Below, piece after piece: positions 58,029-64,000 of a stretch of DNA of 64,000 nt. Source of the DNA: an uncultured Candidatus Actinomarina sp. (GTDB lineage: Bacteria; Actinomycetota; Acidimicrobiia; Actinomarinales; Actinomarinaceae). Location of the stretch: NCBI GenBank assembly GCA_902534495.1, contig CACAQC010000001.1, positions 158,773 through 222,772 of the forward strand, in the 5' to 3' direction. The first letter of the stretch is position 1; every line of letters starts with the position of its first letter. The position numbers were made by a program, and so were the translations under genes. The notes under the pieces were generated by a model. The model was not told where the DNA came from. It made no database searches and saw nothing but the letters and a program-made list of their open reading frames with translations.

Positions 58029-58307
58029 TACTGTTTATGTTAACACCTGTTAACTTCAAAGTATAAAAATTTTAAAATGCAGGACACCCAACTGCAAAAG
58101 TAAGTCCAAAAAATAGCAACCATAAGATTGGTTCATATTTTCTAACGAGCTTCGGATCTTTTTGCATTATTAATATTCTACTATTTGATGTATAATACCA
58201 GTAATATGATGTGTCCGTATGCATATATTCTGGCTGGCTTTATGTGGTTTGTCCGCAATGGAGGAAAGTTTGTTGTTAAATCTTTAAGCTTAAAAAAACC
58301 AGTAAAA

Positions 58308-59327
58308 TCAGCTAGCTCTCACTAAGTTTTCAAGTAAGTTTATCGTATCTTCAGAGTCATTCAAGCAAGGTATATATGTCATATTCTTTCCTCCTGCATT
58401 AAAAAAAGTTTCTCTACCACGAATGTCAATTTCTTCAAGAGTTTCTAAACAGTCAGATATAAATGATGGACATAAAATGGCAATATTATCTTTACCTTCT
58501 TCTGGAAGTTTAGCTAATCTCTTATCAGTAAATGGAGTCAACCATCCAGGACCAATTCTTGATTGATATGCTACTTCCCACTGATCATCTTTTAAACCAA
58601 GTTTCTTTGCGGTTAAGTCAGATGCTATCCGAGTATGAGACCTGTAGCAGTCTTTAGAACCTTCGTTTTCAATTTCACAACAATTGGAAACTGAAAAACA
58701 ATGCTCACCTGTTTCATCCGTCTTTTTTGCTTGTCTTTTAGGTATCCCATGGTAGCTAAAGATAATTTTGTCAAATGATTGATTTTCAACAAAGGGCTTA
58801 ATTGAATTTACCATTGCATTTATATACTCTTCATTATCAAAAAATGGCTTTGTAAATATTAACTCAATGTCATTCGCTACATTCAATGCCACATTTCTAG
58901 TTTCTAATTCTGTGGTTATAGTTGTCGCCATTGCGTTGTGTGGGTATAGAGAAATAACATAAATTTTATTTACACCTTTTCTTTTAAAGTTGTTGAGTGC
59001 TTTTTCAATACTCGGTTCTTCGTATCTCATTGCATACTCAACTTTCCAGCCAGTTTTTTTAGTTAATTTATTTGCAATACTTTCAGTAGAAATAATTAAT
59101 GGTGAACCATTTTTAGTCCAAATTTTTTCGTATGCTTCTAAAGTATTCTTTGGTCGAAAGGGGAGAATAAACAAACGAAGTATAAGTTGTTGAAAAAACT
59201 TTGGTATATCTACTACATTGTCATCTGAAAGAAAAACACGGAGATACTCTTTTACAGATTTTTTGTTTAGCTCTTTTGGTGACCCTAGGTTGATTAGTAG
59301 CACACCTTCGTTGTCAAGTAAGTCCAT
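58308..59327 (-). CDS. hemH: Ferrochelatase
   Basis: VFLSDDNVVD, SYHGIPKR, QSRIGPGWLTPFTD and CPSFISDCLETLEEI are close to recalled E. coli HemH. It also carries an internal 4-Cys insertion. Confidence 0.92.
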   Translation of the reverse strand: MDLLDNEGVLLINLGSPKELNKKSVKEYLRVFLSDDNVVDIPKFFQQLILRLFILPFRPKNTLEAYEKIWTKNGSPLIISTESIANKLTKKTGWKVEYAMRYEEPSIEKALNNFKRKGVNKIYVISLYPHNAMATTITTELETRNVALNVANDIELIFTKPFFDNEEYINAMVNSIKPFVENQSFDKIIFSYHGIPKRQAKKTDETGEHCFSVSNCCEIENEGSKDCYRSHTRIASDLTAKKLGLKDDQWEVAYQSRIGPGWLTPFTDKRLAKLPEEGKDNIAILCPSFISDCLETLEEIDIRGRETFFNAGGKNMTYIPCLNDSEDTINLLENLVRAS

Positions 59328-59449
59328 TTTTTAATATTAAAATATTTTCTTATTAAGAGTAAATTATAGTTTAAAAAAAATTAAAAATAAATTACCATTA
59401 ACTAGATTTGTTAAGTACTATTAACAAAGTTAAGCGAATAAAGGTTAAA

Positions 59450-60568
59450 ATGAATAAAAAATTAACAGTTACTTTGATTGCTTTAATGATGGTTTTAACT
59501 GCTTGTACTCCAACAGCTGGAGAAGCAGGACCAGCAGGAGAGCAAGGACCAGCAGGTGCGCAAGGACCAGCAGGTGAAGTATCACAAGAAGCTATAGATG
59601 CTGCTGTTGAAGCAGCACTTGCTGAACCAGAAGCCGAAGTAGGTGGAACACTAGTAATTTATAGTGGTAGAAAAGAAAGCTTAGTCGCAGATATCATTGC
59701 AGAATTTGCTGCAACTTCAGGTGTTGAAGTTGAAGTAAGATATGCAAAAAGCCCGGCATTAGCAGGAACAGTTGTTCTTGAGGGTGCCATTAGCCCTGCA
59801 GATGTATTCTTTTCACAAGATCCTGTAAGCCTTGGCGTAATTGCCAAAGAAGGATTGTTTGACAGACTTCCGGATAGTGTTCTAGACAATGTTCCAGCAT
59901 GGGCAGTAGACAAAAATGGATACTGGGTTGGTACTTCTGGAAGATCAAGATCTCTAGTTATTGACACAAGAGACGTCACTGATGCAGAATTGCCAAGTGA
60001 TATTTATGGTCTTGCTGATGAAAAGTTTAGAAACAGACTAGGTTTAGCACCAACTAATGGATCATTCCTTGCGATGGTTGCATGCATGATCGAATCAGAT
60101 GGTGAAGAAAAAGTTCTAGATTGGTTAACAACAATAAATGGTCTTGGATATGGAGAATATCCTAAGAACTCACCACAAGTTGCTGCTGCAGCTGCAGGTG
60201 AACTTGATATTGGAATGATTAACCATTACTACACATTAAGAGTTTTAGCGGAAGATCCTTCTGCTCCAGTTAAGAATGTGTATCTAGATGGCGGTTGTGG
60301 AGCTATGGTTATGCCTGCAGGTGTTGGAATTTTGTCCTCAAGCCAAAATAAACCAGCAGCTATGGCATTTATAGAATTCTTACATTCAAAATCAGCTCAA
60401 GAAACATTTACAAACACTGTATATGAGTTCCCTCTTGTAGCAGGAATTGAGCCAAACGAATTGTTGCCAGACATAAACAGTTTGAACTCTCCTTCAAACT
60501 TAAATTGGTCCGCATTAGCGTTGTGGCAGGAAAAAGCTGTAGAACTAATTGCTCAAGCAGGATATTAA
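59450..60568 (+). CDS. Fe(3+) ABC transporter substrate-binding lipoprotein (FbpA/AfuA-like)
   Basis: ATG 59450 gives MNKKLTVTLIALMMVLTAC with lipobox LTAC; the track start TTG 59408 is probably upstream read-through. TLVIYSGR begins the mature domain. Confidence 0.85.
   Translation: MNKKLTVTLIALMMVLTACTPTAGEAGPAGEQGPAGAQGPAGEVSQEAIDAAVEAALAEPEAEVGGTLVIYSGRKESLVADIIAEFAATSGVEVEVRYAKSPALAGTVVLEGAISPADVFFSQDPVSLGVIAKEGLFDRLPDSVLDNVPAWAVDKNGYWVGTSGRSRSLVIDTRDVTDAELPSDIYGLADEKFRNRLGLAPTNGSFLAMVACMIESDGEEKVLDWLTTINGLGYGEYPKNSPQVAAAAAGELDIGMINHYYTLRVLAEDPSAPVKNVYLDGGCGAMVMPAGVGILSSSQNKPAAMAFIEFLHSKSAQETFTNTVYEFPLVAGIEPNELLPDINSLNSPSNLNWSALALWQEKAVELIAQAGY
59519..59581 (+). repeat. 18-bp tandem repeat encoding seven collagen-like Gly-X-Y triplets
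   Basis: GGACCAGCAGG recurs at 59528, 59546 and 59564 (period 18). It translates as GEA-GPA-GEQ-GPA-GAQ-GPA-GEV, directly after the lipobox. Confidence 0.8.
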
Positions 60569-60596
60569 TCCTTCGGTCAGCATCAACATAAGCCAA

Positions 60597-60632
60597 AAAT
60601 TCTGGTCAGAGAAATCTGACCAGAATTTTTTT
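60597..60632 (+). terminator. Rho-independent terminator/attenuator between the binding-protein and permease genes
   Basis: AAATTCTGGTCAG-AGAAAT-CTGACCAGAATTT followed by TTTTTCTTTT. Confidence 0.72.
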
Positions 60633-60668
60633 CTTTTAATATTAAATTTTTAATATATCCTTAAAATA

Positions 60669-62225
60669 GTGAAAATACCTAAGCTTTTAATAACAACAAA
60701 CTTAATAATTCTCTCGTTATTTTTAATGCCACTTTTTTACTTATTTTGGCGATTTGCTGATTTATCAAAAAATTTATCTCGTTTTTTAAATTCATGGGAT
60801 GTATCAACACTTCTAATTAATACTGTACTTTTATTTTTTGCTGTTGTTATCTCCAGTCTTTTACTTGGCTTAACGATTGCAATCCTTACTGTTAGATATG
60901 AATTCCCTGCATCTAAAGTTTTATTTAGTTTGACGATTTTACCACTTGTAATCCCTTCATATATTGGTGCTCTAACGTATGTATCTGCTTTCTCTCCAAA
61001 AGGTTTGTTTGTAGAAGTATTTTCAAGATTTGGCATATCAGAAATAACAGGAATAGAAGGATTTGTTGGAAGCTGGATTGTTTTAACATTATTTACTTAT
61101 CCTTATGTTCAGTTGATATGTAGTAGCGCCCTAAGAAATTTAGATTCTACGGTTGAAGACGCTGCAAGGTCTTTGGGTGTTAAAAGATTAAAAATGTATA
61201 CAAGCGTTGTTATTCCACGGTTAAAAAAACCTATGATATATTCTTCATTATTAGTAGGTTTATACGTAATATCTGATTTTGGCGCTGTTTCATTGATGAA
61301 ATATGGGACAATGACAAAAGCAATTTATTCGTATTATGTAATAAATATAAATGGTGACCCAGTAATTTTTTACTCAACAATTTTGATTTTTCTTGCTTTA
61401 ATTATAAGTTTTGCTCAAAGAGGTAGTGAGATGAGTAAGTCAGCAAAAGTATCCGGCACACCTAGAGAGCCAGTTAGGTTTGAGCTATCAAAAAGAAACA
61501 AATATTTAGTTCTACTATTTTTTGGTACTGTAATTTTTTTCAGTTTACTTTTACCTGTAGGTGTTCTTTCATACTGGTTAATTCGAGGTATATCCAATGG
61601 AAATCCAATTACCGGATCGTTAGTGGGTATTGCTGGTTCTTTAACCGCAGCAACAGTTACATCTTTTTTTGCGATGATCATAGCTACACCAATAGTTGTA
61701 ATGATTTCCCAGTACAAATCAAAATTTGGGGATTTATTTGAAAAAGTCACACTTACTCTTTATGGGCTACCGCATATTGCAGTTGGGATTTCAATGTTAT
61801 TTATAACAATAAAAATATTTCCTACAATTTATCAAACTTTTATAACTCTAATAATCTCATACTTAATTGTATTTTTACCACAGGCTGTCGGAGGGGGACA
61901 AGCGTCAATGGAACAAGTAAAAGTTTCTTATATTGAAGCAAGTGCAGGACTTGGATTATCAAGATTAGAGACATTTTTTAAAGTTACTTTTCCCTTAATT
62001 TATAAGGGGCTTCTTGCTGGAGCGGCATTAGTGTTTCTTTCAACAATGAAAGAGTTACCCCAGACATTATTATTAAGACCAACTGGCTTCAGTACAATGG
62101 CAGTAGACATATGGTCTTACGCATCAGAAGCATTGTTTACACAAGCAGCTTTTTCTGGATTTATTCTTTTGGCAATAAGTGCTTTCCCTACATATATACT
62201 TAGCACAAGGAATTTAGATAACTAA
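60669..62225 (+). CDS. Fe(3+) ABC transporter permease (two-domain FbpB type)
   Basis: 518 aa with duplicated 6-TM permease modules carrying EAA-like loops (EDAARSLGV and IEASAGLGLS). GTG start. Confidence 0.87.
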   Translation: MKIPKLLITTNLIILSLFLMPLFYLFWRFADLSKNLSRFLNSWDVSTLLINTVLLFFAVVISSLLLGLTIAILTVRYEFPASKVLFSLTILPLVIPSYIGALTYVSAFSPKGLFVEVFSRFGISEITGIEGFVGSWIVLTLFTYPYVQLICSSALRNLDSTVEDAARSLGVKRLKMYTSVVIPRLKKPMIYSSLLVGLYVISDFGAVSLMKYGTMTKAIYSYYVININGDPVIFYSTILIFLALIISFAQRGSEMSKSAKVSGTPREPVRFELSKRNKYLVLLFFGTVIFFSLLLPVGVLSYWLIRGISNGNPITGSLVGIAGSLTAATVTSFFAMIIATPIVVMISQYKSKFGDLFEKVTLTLYGLPHIAVGISMLFITIKIFPTIYQTFITLIISYLIVFLPQAVGGGQASMEQVKVSYIEASAGLGLSRLETFFKVTFPLIYKGLLAGAALVFLSTMKELPQTLLLRPTGFSTMAVDIWSYASEALFTQAAFSGFILLAISAFPTYILSTRNLDN

Positions 62226-63250
62226 TGGTTTACGATAGCTTAATTATTAGGGCTCGTTCAATAGCTAAGTCTTATGGATCTGAAAAAGTTCTTGCTGATT
62301 TTAATCTTGATGTTTGGAATGGCGCCATAGTAGGAATTTTAGGTGTATCTGGTTCGGGAAAGACAACAGCGCTTAGATTAATCGCTGGATTTGAAAAACC
62401 TGATAGTGGAATAATTGAAATGAGAAATGAAGTTATTTCTAGTGATGAAACTTATTTGCCACCTGAACAAAGAAATGTTGGAATGGTGTTCCAAGACTAT
62501 GCATTATTTCCTCATTTAAATGTAATAGATAATATTGCATTCGGCTTATCAAAACACCAAATTAAAAGTGGAAGATTAGAGGAAGTTATTGATATGTGTA
62601 ATTTAAGTATTTATAGAAACAAGTTGCCACAAGAACTTTCTGGTGGCCAACAGCAGAGAGTCGCTCTTGCAAGAGCAATAGCACCGAATCCCGAAGTTAT
62701 TCTTCTAGATGAACCTTTTACAAGCTTAGACGCACACATGGCTAGAGATTTAAGAGATGAAGTTATGACGCTTCTTAGAGAAACAGAAACGACAGCGATA
62801 ATTGTAACACATGATCAAGAGGAAGCACTTTCTGTATGTGATGTTGTTAGTGTTCTAGAAAATGGAACTGTTATTCAAAGTGCGACACCACAAGAGATTT
62901 ATCTAAATCCAGTAAGTCAGACAGTTGCTAATTCAGTTGGCGACCCTAATATTCTTAAAGGTTTTTCTGTAAATGGAATGGTAGAGACTTCTCTTGGTAC
63001 TTTTGTTTCAGCCTATGATGGCGCCTTAGATGTCTCTATAAGGCCAGAATGTATTGAACTTAATTTAGACACAGAAGGAAATTATGTAGTCAAGGAATGT
63101 ACATTTTACGGACACGATCAAGTCATATCTTTTCAAAATAGCAAGGGTGAAATTTTTAGAGCTAGATCACTACCTAACACTATTTATGAAGCTGGTGACA
63201 GAATTAATATTGAAATTTCTGAAGTAACTACTTTTCCGTCAAAGGCTTGA
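62225..63250 (+). CDS. Fe(3+)/polyamine-type ABC importer ATP-binding protein (FbpC-like)
   Basis: Walker A GVSGSGKTT, signature LSGGQQQRVALAR, VTHDQEEA and a C-terminal TOBE-like domain. Confidence 0.92.
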   Translation: MVYDSLIIRARSIAKSYGSEKVLADFNLDVWNGAIVGILGVSGSGKTTALRLIAGFEKPDSGIIEMRNEVISSDETYLPPEQRNVGMVFQDYALFPHLNVIDNIAFGLSKHQIKSGRLEEVIDMCNLSIYRNKLPQELSGGQQQRVALARAIAPNPEVILLDEPFTSLDAHMARDLRDEVMTLLRETETTAIIVTHDQEEALSVCDVVSVLENGTVIQSATPQEIYLNPVSQTVANSVGDPNILKGFSVNGMVETSLGTFVSAYDGALDVSIRPECIELNLDTEGNYVVKECTFYGHDQVISFQNSKGEIFRARSLPNTIYEAGDRINIEISEVTTFPSKA

Positions 63251-63436
63251 TTTAATATAAGCCACCCTTCCAGCCAAAGTCTGTAATTCAATCTCTATTT
63301 CTGCCAAGTGAGTAATTGCTCTTGAATAATCATCTTCCGCGATGTACTCTCTTGAATTTGCAAGAGATTTAATTGCGGTTTCAATGTCAAAAATCATAGA
63401 TTCAATTTCTGAGAAAATTAGTTGTTTATCCATCAT
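63239..63436 (-). CDS. Hypothetical small helical protein
   Basis: 65 aa, predicted all-helical and acidic. Convergent with the ABC ATPase gene, overlapping its end by 12 nt. No family recognised. Confidence 0.35.
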   Translation of the reverse strand: MMDKQLIFSEIESMIFDIETAIKSLANSREYIAEDDYSRAITHLAEIEIELQTLAGRVAYIKSSL

Positions 63437-63490
63437 TTAATTCTAAATAAAAAACTAAACTTATATTAATTATTTCTAATTGGGGGAGAC

Positions 63491-64000
63491 ATGGAAATTA
63501 AGATAAAGAAACTTAAAAGATTCAATATCATTATGGGTACCGTTCACTTGATACAGGGTGGTTTACTTTTTTGGCTAGGCACTGTTGTAAATTCAGATTT
63601 TGTTGTGCCAATAACATTAACTCAATTAGTAGGAGTTGGTTCTCCAGAAGATCCTTCAAGTTTTGCATTAGTACCTGAACTTGAAATATGGAGAGAAGTT
63701 ACAAACTTTGGTCCGGCAGTAGCAACCTTTTTACTTGCTTCAGCCGTTGCTCACTATCTTATTTCTGGTCCTTTTTACAACAAATATAAAAGTGACTTAT
63801 CAAAAGGAATAAATAAAGTGCGTTGGATTGAATACTCAATCAGTGCATCTGTGATGATAGTCCTAATTGCTTTACTTGTAGGAATTTATGATGTATGGGC
63901 TTTAGCTGGAATATTTTTTATGAATGCAGCAATGTGTTGGTTTGGTTGGATGATGGAAGTTCATAATCAATATACTGAAAAAGTTGACTGGACAAGTTAT
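63491..64000 (+). CDS. Heliorhodopsin (5' partial, runs off the window)
   Basis: Own translation gives 170 codons open to the window end. FNIIMGTVHLIQ, NSDFVVP, AVAHYLIS, RWIEYSISASVMIVLIA and WFGW match recalled heliorhodopsin 48C12 (FNRIAGVFHLLQ, NDFALP, ALFHFIVS, RWVEYSLSSSVMIVLIA, LFGW). GGGGGAG lies upstream of the ATG. Confidence 0.88.
   Translation, partial: MEIKIKKLKRFNIIMGTVHLIQGGLLFWLGTVVNSDFVVPITLTQLVGVGSPEDPSSFALVPELEIWREVTNFGPAVATFLLASAVAHYLISGPFYNKYKSDLSKGINKVRWIEYSISASVMIVLIALLVGIYDVWALAGIFFMNAAMCWFGWMMEVHNQYTEKVDWTSY

Noticed and set aside
59408-59449. TTG-initiated 14-codon extension of the Fe(3+)-binding protein ORF.
   Set aside because: ATG 59450 gives a textbook lipoprotein signal peptide (MNKKLTV...LTAC) preceded by AAAGG. 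The extension is basic and non-hydrophobic, and it overlaps the putative operator region.
1-64000. Window-wide scan for CRISPR arrays, rRNA genes, IS elements or transposases, toxin-antitoxin pairs, or known defence-system genes.
   Set aside because: I saw no direct-repeat/spacer arrays, no rRNA-like conserved segments and no transposase or integrase-like ORFs. No small paired ORFs with TA-like features were evident. Every ORF of 100 aa or more is either accounted for above or rejected as an antisense shadow.

Overview
This is an AT-rich window, roughly one-third G+C by eye (not computed). It is very tightly packed and almost entirely housekeeping.

**Likely origin.** Gene order matches the conserved actinobacterial core block: tilS-hpt-ftsH-folE-folP-folB-folK-panC-coaX-lysS-clpC, then disA-carD-ispF-cysS-rlmB. 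Combined with the low G+C, this suggests a streamlined marine or freshwater actinobacterium such as Candidatus Actinomarinales. That assignment is inference only.

**Contents in order:**
- metK and metY, each preceded by a related SAM-riboswitch-like leader.
- A FEN-type 5'-3' exonuclease, then the tilS-to-clpC block.
- A BMP/nucleoside-type ABC importer.
- A zinc-ribbon/discoidin membrane protein, then disA-carD-ispF-cysS-rlmB.
- tRNA-Thr(UGU).
- A LIV-type amino-acid ABC importer with a convergent binding protein.
- A CvpA-CAP fusion and a MATE exporter.
- rex, a geranylgeranyl-reductase-family gene, and a complete nuoA-N operon with a perfect Rex operator in front of nuoA.
- An ABC-2 exporter with an unusual leader, several small accessory genes, and tdk.
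- A DtxR-family regulator, hemH and an Fe(3+) FbpABC-type importer.
- At the right edge, the 5' 170 codons of a heliorhodopsin. It is absent from the ORF track because no stop codon falls inside the window.

**What I did not find.** I saw no rRNA, CRISPR array, transposase, integrase, phage gene or recognisable defence system.

**Most interesting items:**
- The heliorhodopsin and its iron/heme neighbourhood.
- A catalytically dead PTP-fold protein embedded in the folate operon.
- A structured, relatively GC-rich leader plus a 10-codon uORF in front of the ABC-2 exporter.
- An orphan promoter-hairpin unit that could be an sRNA or an attenuator.
- A DtxR homologue with most metal ligands replaced.

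All function calls come from motif recognition and recalled homologue sequences. No searches were run.
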